Positions 21,601 to 33,490 are shown, counted from the whole stretch's first letter. The stretch is 63,980 nucleotides of DNA, filler included, from Olpidium bornovanus S191 (GCA_017911155.1; 27 parts of 27 records of this genome joined end to end with filler, not necessarily neighbours in it); one strand, 5' to 3'. The notes: generated by a model from the letters alone, not told the origin. Translations and numbers: made by a program.

Positions 21601-24600
21601 CGCTTCTCTCGTACCTGGTGACCGGAGACGACGTCAAACCGCCGGCGGCGCCGGAGTACGCGGCTACGCGTAGCAACCGGCTTTTGGAGTTCCTGCGCGT
21701 GTTCTGCGGTGACTCGATCGCCCTGCCACTTTCCGGTAAATCAAAGTCGGCGCCGGGCGACGAGGGCAAGGCCCACTTTGGGCCAGCCCCTTTAACCGGG
21801 TCGCCTTTCCGGACGCTGGTGAAGAGATTGCAAGAGAGCTTGAGCAGGACGGAGTTGTTTGAGGTGTTCTCTCTCATTCCGACCACGGCAAATTCCAACA
21901 GCTGTGGGTTTCCGTTTTTTGGTTGTTGAGAAAGTTTGCGCGGGTATGTCGCCAGCTAATTATACAAAATCTCGCATATTTTCGTGTCTGCCAAAACAGT
22001 AGCAAGACGGAATTCCCACGTTTCATCGATCGCCAAAGCCCTGCGTCTCCGCCTTGTAGCAGGTTGGTTAATGCTGTTTTACACGAGCCTTACTCAGTAA
22101 CGTGCACCCTAACAATTTCTATCTTCGACGGTAGAGGAAGGGACGGAAATGGCCCGTGGATATCATAACTTAGTCGTTTCTGTGCCAGTCGTCGCCACTT
22201 TCCGAACGGTGAACGACTACCTTAGCCCTCGGCTGGATGTGTCGCCGCCACGTAGCCAGTCAACCAAGACTGTTGGCGGCAAAGCATCTGACGTCGTTCC
22301 AAGCGCGGCGAGTATAAAGGAAAGCGGCTCTTCGTCCAGCAGCAACTTGCCATCCGCGGTGGAAAATACGCAAGTAATTATGCATGCCGCGAAAAATGAC
22401 CCGGAAATGGACCACGCTGATCTCCACGACGACTACGATTACGAGGCGGCTGATCTTGGGGAAAGCGAGATGGACGTCGACGACGACGATTACGGGGAAG
22501 ATGGGAGCAGCGACATCTTGCCGGAGGAGGCGAGTATGGTACGCCGGGACAGCTTGGATTCGCAAGGTCGGACGTTTACCAATGTGGTCGATCTGGACGT
22601 CAGCGGCGACAGCGGAAAGCGAGAGACAACAGGGCAGCCGAATTACAAGGACGCTTCTACGTCGGTGCCCGGGCAGGGTTCGGCGGCAGTCAGCACCATG
22701 TCCCCGGCGTCCCTGTCGGCTCCGCTGTCGTATGCGGCCGCCGCGTCCCGTCGGCAGCCGGACTGGCACCTGGAGTTTTCTATCGGCGACAACCCCGTCG
22801 GCCTAGATGACCTTGTATTCGGGGCGGTGCAGCGGTACTCTACGGACAAAGGGCAAAGCATCCGGAGTCTGTGGACGAACACCTACCCAGTGTGCTTCCG
22901 CCGCGTCCCCGGCCCAACTCCAGCACTTCCAAGCGGGTTCCGCCCGCCGCACCCATCGGATAACGAGGCGCTGGTCGACCTTTCCTTCACCGACGTGGTG
23001 CCCGAGTCAGTCGAAGCTGGCAGCGCGCCTTCCCGTATCCTAAGTTTGCTCAGAGCCCTCCATGCGCTGAACTTTCGTTGCGAGGACCTTTACAAAGGGG
23101 ATTACGACGAGCGTGGGGCGGCGTCCACACCGAGGATCTTGGTGAACCGGCTTTCGCCCAAGGAATTCGTGAACGCCAAGCTGACCGCCAAGCTGAGACG
23201 TCAGCTCGACGAGCCTCTTATCGTGGCCAGCAACGCCTTTCCCGACTGGTGCCGAGACCTTCCGCGACAATTCCCATTCCTCTTTCCGTTTGAGACGCGC
23301 ATCCATTATCTGCAAGCGACTAGCTTTGGCTTTACGAGGAGTATCCAGGTACGGCCTGCTAAGCCGGACACGCGAACTCATACCCTGTGGATGGTAAATA
23401 AAGAAAGATGCTGACGTAACGAAAATTACGCAGCAATGGCAAATGCAGCAGTCTCGAAATCCGGATTCGAACCGCGAGAGCTTGTCTGCGCGTGTCGTCC
23501 GTCAAAAGGTCAGCATCGTCAGCTAACTGGTGTGATCTGTTCCGTGCTGGAACTGCGCTAAGTAGACTTTGGGCACCGCGGCAGGTCCGGATATCACGTG
23601 AGAGGATGCTGGATTCCGCGTCCAAGATACTGGAACTGTACGGTACGAACCAGTCTATCCTCGAGGTGGAGTATTTCAATGAAGTCGGCACCGGGCTGGG
23701 CCCAACTTTGGAGTTCTACGCAACTGTGTCCCGCGAAATGTGCAAGCGGCAGCTGAAGCTGTGGCGCGACGAAGGCCGCGACACGGTTGACGCGGACGCG
23801 GACGCCTACGTGCTGGCGCACTCGGGGCTTTTTCCCGCACCTAAAGCCGCGCACGAGTTGGAACAGAGAGGGGAAACGTAAGATCTCTAGTGATTCTTTT
23901 CTCTCTCTCGCTTTCTCTTTTCCTCTGCGCATATTCTCAGTGATCACGATGTTAATCCCGGTACTGCGTCGTACCCAGGAGCGTACTTGAACGATTTAGG
24001 ATGGTCGGCCAGTTTGTCTCCAAGTCCCTAGTGGACGGCCGCATCATCGACTTGCACTTCAGCCCGCTTTTCATACGAATGATCCTGGGCGAGTCGATTG
24101 CACCGACCGTGCGCATGGTGAAGACCGTCGACCGTGCTCTGGGCCAATCGTTGGCGATTCTCAAAGGCTACGCGGCGAAGAAGAAGAAAATACATTTGAG
24201 AAAGAAGCATGTGGGTGATACGCAGGTGGTCCTTCAAATTCGTGTTCATGTCGTTGTGACATTTTCCCTTTTTTCTTCAGGTCAAACAGGACATGGAGCG
24301 TTTGAACAACGAGATCCACAATTTGTGTCTTGACTTCACACTTCCTGGTCACCCTGGTTTGGAGCTGTTGGTGAGGATTGGCGCTGATGAGATTATGCGT
24401 AAGCTCCATTGCGAAGAGCCGATCCTGATGCCAGACGACCGTCGCACCCTGGAACAGCCCAATGGCTCGTCTGTTGCAGTAACCGTACACAACTTGGAAG
24501 AGTATATCGACCTGGTTCTCGATTATACCCTCGGGCGCGGCATCTCATCCCAAGTCGACGCTTTCAGGAGCGGTTTCAACCGCGTCTTTTGCGCCAAAGA

Positions 24601-25230
24601 CATGCGCATATTTGCGGCGGAGGAGCTCGTCTCGCTGTTTGGACGCGGCGAGGAGGATTGGTCCGTCGCAGGTATGTGTGGGCTTGCGCGAGTGCGCGAA
24701 CGAGTTTTTTTGCGACATTCCGGCCGCAACTAGTTGCGCGCTTTTGTTCTTCCTGCAATAATTTGCGGTTTTCTGGCCAGATTTGCGAAACGCAATCAAT
24801 GCAGACCACGGGGTCACGCTGAACAGCGAGGCCGTTTGCAACCTCATCGAGATCCTTTCCGAATTCGGCGAACCTGAACGCCGCAAGTTCCTCCAGTTCG
24901 TGACGGGCAGTCCAAAACTGCCAGTTGGAGGTACTTTCTTAACTCGGCTTTCTCCCGCGTCCGAGGCCTACGACGGCTCCGTAATCCTGCCGGAGCGACG
25001 CTCACATGTCCTTTCGCGTTTTGCCATATGCAGGCTTCAAAGACCTGATACCAGCACTGACAGTCGTTTGCAAGCCGTCCGAACCCCCGCTCACTCCCGA
25101 CGATTATCTGCCCTCAGTTATGACGTGCGTCAACTACCTCAAGATGCCCAACTATTCGAGCAAGGAGGTCATGCGGCGGAAGCTGCTGTTGTCGATGAAC
25201 GAAGGGGCAGATAGTTTCCACCTTTCGTGA
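18638..25230 (+). CDS. UFD4: HECT E3 ubiquitin ligase UFD4/TRIP12/UPL3 family, many exons, 5' partial
   Basis: ARM-like N-terminus [20 protein letters not shown]; [18 protein letters not shown]; [20 protein letters not shown]; catalytic end [23 protein letters not shown]. Confidence 0.97.
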
Positions 25231-25639
25231 TTTCACTCTCCTCCTCCCCACTTCCCCTCCCCCCCTCCCTTTCGCTTGGTGGGTTTGCCTCGCCGACCCA
25301 GCTTCCCCTTGTTCACACTGCAGCTATCATTCTGCTTTTCACTCGATGTTTCTTTTGCAGAGACCACGACTGATTGATGGCGTGCGTAGTGTCACACATG
25401 CGCAATCGGATCTTCCTTCTTTTGCTGACGCGTTGGCGTCGGGCGCCGTATTATCTCATTTCCCGGATTCGCGTCAAATTCTCGTTGCTCGAGCTGCGGC
25501 TTTCCGGTATGTTGGGTGACGCTATCCTACCCATACCAAAGGCAATGTCTCGTTTTCCCGTGGTTCGGTATGGCTCCCCACGGACCTAAATAAGGCAATG
25601 AAAGGCTCGCCAGATCTGCCTTTTCGAGGTGAATTGGCG

Positions 25640-26110
25640 CGGGCCGCGTCTTGAGGCACCCCCCAGACCTAGTGTGGAGCGAATGGACTAGAAGTTTCAC
25701 GTGCCCCCAGGACTTTCCGTCGTAGGACCCATTCCCCTTCCGCTGCTCTATGTAACTCATGTCCCTGCCTGTCAGATCCACAGGGAGGCGGAGGTTTATA
25801 CTGTGCCGCAGGGAAAAAGGCCAAGGTCAACTGTCCAAACTGCGTGCAGTTTGGAGTGGGACATGAGCGCTTCCAAGTCGTCTTCCCTCCTCTCCAAAGT
25901 TCGTAGCCTCACCTCCAGCAACTCTTCCTGGGTTCCTAGCATCCTTTCAGAGCAGCACCGCCCGGCTGGTTAGCACATCCTCCGCAGGCAGCGCCCCGGT
26001 TGTGTAATAGGCGCAAGGGCCCTGTTCCGCTCGTAAACACGGAACATTTTCCACACCGCCGTCAGCCAGATGTTGATCTCCTGGAGACGGAAGTATTTTT
26101 GCACCGTCAC
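25640..26110 (-). mobile_element. Decayed Ty3/gypsy integrase C-terminal region
   Basis: Minus-strand pieces QEELLEVRLRTLERREDDLE and GEWVLRRK resemble ELIALRFRQLERREVDLE and GEWVLVRN at 29266-29637; stops and frameshifts present. Confidence 0.55.
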
Positions 26111-26358
26111 ACGGGTGTAACTCCTCCCCGATTGGTGCCGGACCGAACGCATAGCCTGTAGTGACATGCAATGTCATGCTGTAAAACCCGGCTCATGCTT
26201 GCTGTGTGCTTGGGACACAACAAATAACCCTCAACATTATTCAACAGTCCCTCCCACCCCCCCAACGTCAACTAATGGACCCCACGGCAGCAAGGTAACC
26301 TGATCAGATCCACGCACCCTTCCGAGGGTATTGTCGAGAGCAACGGCAGCTGTAATTC

Positions 26359-26640
26359 GTGACGACACGCCTTCGAGTGCTCTTGGCAAACAACGGTCTC
26401 CTTGTTGCAGGATTTGATGTCACAGGAGCAGCCAGCCCGGTAATACCTCTCCATGGTCCTTCTGGCATTTGCCTGCTTAACCTCGAAGCGACCGTTTGCG
26501 ACGTAGTCGTGAACGCCTTCCAGCTTGACGTGGTGTTCATCAGGTCACCCCACAACTTCCAACGGCAACATTTTGCCCCATGGTGGGCTTGCCCTGCATA
26601 GCTCAATGTCACAGCGCCCGTTGCGGCAGCCGTCAAACCT
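26359..26640 (+). mobile_element. Retrotransposon aspartyl-protease-like remnant followed by an LTR-like start TGTCAC (26607)
   Basis: VTGAASPVIPLHGPSGICLLNLEATVCDVVVNAFQLDV; TGTCAC.GCGC..GTCAAACC is shared with 34281-34311, and GTGGTGGCGTCAAACCC also occurs at 26951. Confidence 0.45.
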
Positions 26641-26996
26641 TCCCCTGCCAAGCGTGACTCTACCAAGGTCATGCGACGTCATTGCGTCAAGATAAGCCGC
26701 CAAACCTGGTGGGCACCAAATGTGACATCATGGTTGCGCCAAGTACTTCCCTTGTGCCCAGTCAGGCAGCCCAAACGTGCGCAGGAATCACGTGACGTCA
26801 AGGTTTTGCGACTGCGTCAAGGCAAGGTCACCGACTGTGTCCGTCGCACAGAGCACGTGATATCGTCATGCCTCTGAGCAGTGTGTCCAGCTGTGCCAGC
26901 GCATGACCAAGATTTAGATCTAGACCCTTTGGTGCACATGATGTGCCTGCGTGGTGGCGTCAAACCCATAATATAAAATACTACCCTTATTCTGTT

Positions 26997-27115
26997 ATAT
27001 TCGGAATGCTTTCAAAATAGCCGCCAGTATTGGCACTGTAATACTGGATATTTCAAGCAATATTCGGAGTACTTTTAAAACAGCCGCCAGTATTGTCACT
27101 ATAATACTGGATATT
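26997..27115. repeat. 63-bp tandem duplication, each unit containing the palindrome CCAGTATT-N8-AATACTGG
   Basis: Arms at 27024-27031/27040-27047 and 27087-27094/27103-27110. Confidence 0.92.
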
Positions 27116-27974
27116 TTTTCATTTTTTCACAATGAGCCATGTGAACGCACTACCTAGAGATGCAACGCGCACACACCTTTGACGCCGCCTGTAAGCCACT
27201 CCTCCATAAAGCGGGCGTGTTCCACATACTGTCAGTCGCATGGAGAACTGCAGAATTCCAGACCCTTCCAGATCCAGAACCAAAACCCAGACCCAGAGCA
27301 AGAACTTGTCAATACGAATGCCAGAGTTTACCCTGGTATTTTCTGCGAACAAATGACAGAGTTTAAGGTTAAGTTTAAGCTTCAAAAAAAGAAGGAAGCC
27401 GCTGATCGGCATTCTTGATTTTTATCCCTTATGGTGTGGAGAGGTGTGTTTTTCTGGTATGCGCCCCTTGCGCTTTGGGGCGGGAGTGGTTCCGTTCTGG
27501 CGTGGGGTAGGATCTGTCGGGTTCCCCTGGCGCTCCGGAGATGCGCGTCCCAATCGGGCCTCTCTCCTGTGCGCCCTTGGCCTCTTTCTGCCGCTGATGG
27601 CCGCTCTCCCACGGGAAGGAGACGGGAACAAAGTTCGGGTGGCAGACAAATTACGTGGCGCCATACGTATATATACGTAACATCCGCATGNNNNNNNNNN
27701 NNNNNNNNNNNNNNNNNNNNNNNNNNNNNNNNNNTTAATTAATTAANNNNNNNNNNNNNNNNNNNNNNNNNNNNNNNNNNNNNNNNNNNNAAGGTGCGCC
27801 TACACCGTGGTGTGGCCCTTGCCCCCGTCACACGACCCACATGGGCCCACCCACGTAGGGCGCCCACGCAGGGGGGCCCACATGCTCAGAGGGCCCACGC
27901 AAAGGGGGCCCGCACGCTCGATGCCCGCATGCAGAACTGTTCCCCCATGAAACTGTCTCCGCGCGGAACCCCAC

Positions 27975-28140
27975 ACGGCGCGCCCATGCCCGGCACGCCC
28001 ATGCCCGGCACGCCCCGCCCGGAGCGCCCCACACAGTGGGCCCATGCCCGGCGCGCCCATGCCCGGCACGCCCCACGCGGAGCGCACATGCCTGGCGCGC
28101 CCATGCCCGGCAAGCCCCGCCCGGAGCGTCCCACATGACG
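27975..28140 (+). repeat. GC-rich minisatellite with a 15-bp core GCCCATGCCCGGCAC and higher-order variants
   Basis: Repeated gcccatgcccggc(a/g)c interspersed with ccccgcccggagcg. Confidence 0.85.
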
Positions 28141-28200
28141 CGCCCCGCACGACAAGCCCACACACGATGAGGGCGCGGCTGTGCTCACACCCGCGCTGCG

Positions 28201-28544
28201 TGTATATAAGGCGCGCTATTGCATAACTGAGATGAAGGAAGGCAGGTTTTCAAGGCGGCGCAGGGCCTTATATTCGTGGGACGGTTTATGCAAAGAGTGG
28301 GCAAGTACGCGTCAAAAGAAAGAGGAAGGAGAGAGTAGGCTGCCTTTCGCGTGGGTTCGCACGCGTCTAGGGGAGGAAAGAAGAGGCCTACGCGTAGTAC
28401 AAAATTGCCTCGTGGCAACCGGCCTCCCACTCTTCTGCAATAGTTGGAATTCTATGCTCGGTTTCTAGAATATAATGTGCGGCTTTTGGTTTCCTCACGG
28501 CTTCTCCGGTTTTTCCCTCGTACCCTTCATTCCCCTTCACTACA
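28201..28544 (-). mobile_element. Candidate 3' LTR (344 bp, TGTA..TACA termini) with a PPT-like GGGGGGCGGC immediately upstream on the minus strand
   Basis: Inverted 4-bp termini; same position relative to the shared repeat as 7444-7804. Confidence 0.45.
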
Positions 28545-28711
28545 GCCGCCCCCCGTGACTGAAGAGCTTTTTTCGGCAGTCACGGTGTATCACGTGGCTG
28601 ACAGCTTTTTTGATTTTTAACGAGTCGGATTTGGCTCCACCAACGCCACTTGCCCCGTTCCATTACCCCGAACTCCAGTCTCTGCCGCGTCCACCCGTCC
28701 ACCCAGCCACA

Positions 28712-29561
28712 ATGTCGTCCTCTGCGTCCGCTGCCCCTGCATCCACCCCGTCCGTCTTCACCGAGAGGCGTCTCCACGCCGCCACCCGTCGGATATACAC
28801 GGCCTTCTGGGCGCACCGGTTGCGAGACTCCCGCAGTTTGCTCGCAGCCGCAGCTGCGTGCGTTGCCGCTCGACCGACGCCAGAACGTCAATGCACTCTG
28901 CGCAGGCGGATGATCCGGTTCATCCATTACGCGTGGAGGTTTTGCGCCGTCCACGAGGACAGAAGTACCGAAGCCTGCGTTGCCCTTCTCCAGTCAGTTC
29001 TGGTCCCTCCTTCGTATTGCAACTCCACTCTGATAGATAACCTCTTCCACGTCTACTTGTAGACTCTGCTGATCAATGATTGACGCCTTCTTCCAGGTCA
29101 TGAATTGGCCAGCCTCCCTTTGGCTTCCCGCGGATCCTCGCGATTTGGATTTCCTGTTCCTGCCGTCAGACACGCAGTATTGTGGCCCCGGCGGCCCCGA
29201 AGATCGCGACTACGATCCGCGCCCCGCTCCCGTCGCCGATGACAGTTATATTCAGGTCCGCGTTCTCATGCGCCTGGTTTCCCCGCCACAACCAGATGCC
29301 GAACTCCCCGACGATGCCCCGGCCACCATCTCTCCCCGCGCTCGGAATTCCTGGTTCCCCGAGCTCCGCCAAAGTGCCGAGTCCTATAATTTTCTCCCCC
29401 GGCTCGCGGTCGCACGAGAGGACCCTCCCATCGACATGTCCCGGGTCGATCATTTCGCACTAAGACCCATTCTCCGGGTTCAATGGTTCGTTCCCGTGTT
29501 GTTCGGGCTAAGTCCACCATCTCCTTTGCCTTTTCCCGTTCTTCCTCCAGTCGCTCCTTAG
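28712..29561 (+). pseudogene. Copy 2 of the spliced unknown gene (exon 1 28712-28992, intron 28993-29062, exon 2 29063-29561) with an in-frame TGA at 29070-29072
   Basis: Exon 1 (281 nt) and intron (70 nt) have the same lengths as in copy 1; GTCAGT..TTGTAG splice sites. Confidence 0.7.
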
Positions 29562-29637
29562 CCCGTTCAAGGTCGACTTCCCGTCTTTCTAGCTGCCTGA
29601 ACCGCAACGCAATAAGCTCATTTGTCGTACAGCCATC
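29266..29637 (-). mobile_element. Ty3/gypsy integrase C-terminus (GPY/F-like domain), overlapping the plus-strand gene
   Basis: LERAKERLEEEREKAKEMVDLARTTRERTIEPGEWVLVRNDRPGTCRWEGPLVR..ENY follows the coiled coil + G(D/E)xVLV..RWxGP(Y/F) pattern. Confidence 0.7.
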
Positions 29638-29877
29638 NNNNNNNNNNNNNNNNNNNNNNNNNNNNNNNNNNNNNNNNNNNNTTAATTAATTAANNNNNNN
29701 NNNNNNNNNNNNNNNNNNNNNNNNNNNNNNNNNNNNNCATGCGTGCGAGGGCCTCCCGGTATATCCTCCGGTCTAAATACGTGGGTAAATTAGTCCAACT
29801 ACAATTGGCCGTTTCTAGGTCGTCAAACTAGTTTCCCGGGCCGGCCATTCGCCGACGAGTAACAAGAAGACGAAGCG

Positions 29878-31159
29878 TACCATACGGCATCAAGAAACCG
29901 AGCCTTCCTAACGAGAACGGCATAATCGGCGGCACTTCCTTGTCGAATAAGCCTGAAACCCGTAACATCGTTCCTGAAGCATATCCGCGGACGTCAAAAA
30001 GGGTAACCGAGCTTTGACAGGTGAACCGGCTGCTCGAGGCTCGGACAGGCCACTCCTACCGTCTCCGCCGATGGCGACCACGAAATCAACAATCCGCGCC
30101 AATTCCGATTTCTCCTCTGCACACCGGTCGGAAGGCGATTTAGAATCAGCAGAATCGCCCTCAAACTCGACCAGCTCCGAAGTCGTGATACCTTCCGGGA
30201 CAAAACGAGCGAACGGTAATTCCTGGAAAAGATAACCTAGACTGGACTCGACGACAATATTCACGTGAGGCCACTTCTTCTTTATATGCCTAGCACAAGG
30301 AAAACCCGAACATTTATCGACGAAGTAATCATAGTAAACACGATCCAGGCGAACGACGCGTCCGAGGCAATTTGCGAGAGGTTGAAAATGCGGTGTTATA
30401 TTTCACCCGCTTGTTAATGCGATTAAATCATCACAGCACTGCGGCACCTTGCAATCTCAATGAGAACCTTCGCAGCGTCGTCATCATGTTTTTTCACAAG
30501 CAGCACTGTCCGCGGTGGATCAATCCAATCTAGGGTGAACTCGTCCCTATTATCCAGGTCTTTAGATTCGCAATTACTGCGCACGTCTCATATTTGTCAA
30601 AAGCCTTACCCCGTTGCGGCGTCGTCGCAGTCATTAGAATTGCTGGACGCTGACGGATTGTTCTCGGGACGAGCGTCGACCCAGACTTCCGTCCTACCCG
30701 CGGCATTTTCCTGGGTGAGTATCCGCGGTTCTGTAATGGAGAGCTGATTGAGACAGCAACGGGAGACCGGTGCTTCCTAACCCCGCGCCGACGCGCCTCG
30801 GACGTGTTTTCTTTTTGCCTACCTTGCTTGGAGGCACGTCGAATTGCTAACCGCGCTTTGGCAGGCAGATCCTCCGTCGCCGGGAGAGAGTCCGAATGAT
30901 CTCTCCTCACGCAACTTCGAGGGACAAGGCGCCGGCCTGCGCGAACGGCCGGCGTGAAATACAGCGGCCGCGGGCACAGGAAGGAAAAGGTGGCGCCGTG
31001 GGCGTTCTGGCCAACGTCGGAAGCGGGCGTTGACCGGCCCGTCAACCTTCGCACGAGCACAGTACTGGACCTGCAAAGCGCTGACCGCTCTGCCGTCCGG
31101 CGTCCGGATCTCCCTGCGGCCGCCGCCGTTGCTGCCGCAGCGGCAGGCCTGGAGGGCAT
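29878..31159 (-). CDS. POS5: NAD(H) kinase, POS5-like, multi-exon, 3' partial; start approximate
   Basis: LDWIDPPRTVLLVKK; IVDFVVAIGGDG|TMLRVSGLFDKEVPPIMPFSLGRLGFLMPY (GGDG motif). Confidence 0.85.
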
Positions 31160-32898
31160 GGTCCCTTCCGCGCACGATCTTCGCCGAGGGGGGAGAGGTG
31201 GCCGGGTTGCGAGCGGCGGAAGCCGGGTACAAGAGCCGCGCCCACGGTTTGGAAAGCACGGGAAGTGCGAGCGATATGTCCGATAATCAAGCAGACGGGC
31301 GCCGGCGAGGCTGCCCTGCTGGCGGAAAGCGTGGTCCTGAAGCGCGTGGGTTTCCCTCAAGAATGTCGCGCGGCCAGCGCAGGACGCGGGGTATTAAGCT
31401 GCGCAAAAAGGACGAACAAGGCAGCCTGCAAGAGGCTCCTCCTCCCCCTCGCTTCCAGCAGAGAAAACCCGCCTGGTGCAGGAGCCCTGCTACGACCGCC
31501 GCGAGTCCGATCGCGGCGGAGAGAGAGCTCCGTCACTCATTGCGATACCCGCCGGTCGTCACATTTGCTTCAGAGGCCGTCAGAGGTGATTTCGTGTGCA
31601 CTTTGAGGGTAATCATGTCGTACGGAAACTCTCAGCTGCCAATTTGGTTGGCGACCATATCAACTATTTTGCGGAGTGGCTCCCCCACTTCGAGCGGTAT
31701 GTAACAAAAGCCGTCTCGCGCGCCCGGTGGACAGCACGGTCGAGAGCCCCCCCTGCTCGACGCGGGTGTTCATCGCCAGCCGCGGCTGGACTTGGCCGCA
31801 TACTCATCCGAAGACTTGACGACTGGGCCGCGAGGGAAGCTCCTAACTGTAGGGGCCTGGCAGCGCTCCGGCGGCTGCGAAAGTCAAACGCCGACCGCAA
31901 ACGCATGCGTCCCGGGAACGTGTCGTCGCAGAGGACCGGAATGCGTCCGCGGCTGCTATGGACCGTGTCATTATCAGGGTAGTATCGTATCGATATGGAC
32001 AGTGAGCTGGCTAGACGGCCGCGTGTCCTTACGCTTCCGGTAAATTCCGCGCCATGCAAAGTGGAGTGAGGGCCCACCTTGCAAGCCTGCACGCCTTCGC
32101 AGGAAGGTAGATCATGTGCCAGTTCGGTTCAATCTAACTTGGCAAACGAAACTTCGACAATCTTAGTGAGTCTTTAAGATACCACGACACTCCGGCGCAC
32201 GAACGTGGATCAAGGGAAAACCACCGTTTGTTTTATCCGCGGTGAGTCGCCCGAACAACGGTCCGTGTCGGCCATTCAATCGGTCCACAAACTGTCGACA
32301 AATCCAGGCAACGCGTACCACATGCCTCGGCAAGAAAAAATAAATAAACAAAATAGTCAAAAACGGCCCCGACGCCGTGCGTCAATAAGCAGTTTACGAC
32401 GACCTGATTTGTTGAATTTGGACAATGCCTTCGTCCATAACTAACGTATATGGGTAGACAAGACTATGTATCGTCCACGACGAAGATGCTTTGAACAGGG
32501 AAATGGCCACGACAGGGGAAGAATAATGAAAAGTACAGCGGGTGAAATGCAAGGAAATATCCGTGGAAGTGCATAAACCAGTGAAACGCAAGATGTGCAA
32601 TGTCCGGCCCGTTGGCGCTACTTGCATCGGAGGTGATCACGGTCATAGTCTTCGTACGGTCGGTGGATGTCGCCCTGACCGTGCACGCCGTACGCGAAGG
32701 AGAACATTCCGGGGTCGTACCCCAAACTTGATCTCCGGCGGCGGGGGTAGTGGAAGCTGTGGTCATCCCCGTGGAGATCGGTCTGGCTGGCCAGCATGNN
32801 NNNNNNNNNNNNNNNNNNNNNNNNNNNNNNNNNNNNNNNNNNTTAATTAATTAANNNNNNNNNNNNNNNNNNNNNNNNNNNNNNNNNNNNNNNNNNNN

Positions 32899-33490
32899 AA
32901 AGTCGAACTCATTCAAGTTCCATCGGAGAACAACCTTGCTGACGGCTTCACAAAAGGACTCAACTCCATCAACTTCGCACGCTTCCGGGATGCCATTGGA
33001 GTGCGCCCTTGCCCGTCCAAGGTCAGGTAGACATCAAGTTCCTGGATATTCAAGAGGTCACAAGGGGGCGTTGGCCGAGACGAGAAGGTACCGAGCAGTC
33101 AGGATTTTCCGCACAGTTCCGCACTTTACTTTCCATCCAATTAGTTTTCCCATTTTACCATACTTCTCCTTCTCGCTTTACCGTCAACTCAAGCTTCATA
33201 TTTCCCTTCCTTTCTCTATTCCGTCCTCGAGCGAGGGGGGGTGTTGCGCCCGAAGTAATTTACCGCTCTCAGACTACTACTACTACCACCCAACGTAGCC
33301 CAAACGAAAACACATAAATAAAAACGACAAAACCACCCCTCCCCAAAAAACTCTACCATAGCCGATCCGCTCGCTTCGAAATAAACAAGCCGTCGGGCTT
33401 GTTCGAGCGTCGCATTCCCCTTCAGTCCCGTATAAACAAAGCCGTCGGGCTTGTTCGAGCGTCGCATTCCCCTTCGGTCCCGTTCGAGGG
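32899..33490 (+). mobile_element. Ty1/copia pol C-terminus, PPT (GAGGGGGGG, 33233-33241) and start of the 3' LTR (TGTTG at 33242) with an internal ~51-bp duplication
   Basis: KVELIQVPSENNLADGFTKGLNSINFARFRDAIG is the copia RNase H end; PPT|TGTTG junction. Confidence 0.8.

Noticed and set aside
29070-29072. TGA as evidence of stop-codon reassignment or readthrough
   Set aside because: TGA is the normal terminator of cyclin, UFD4 and the Amt gene here; a pseudogenising mutation is simpler.
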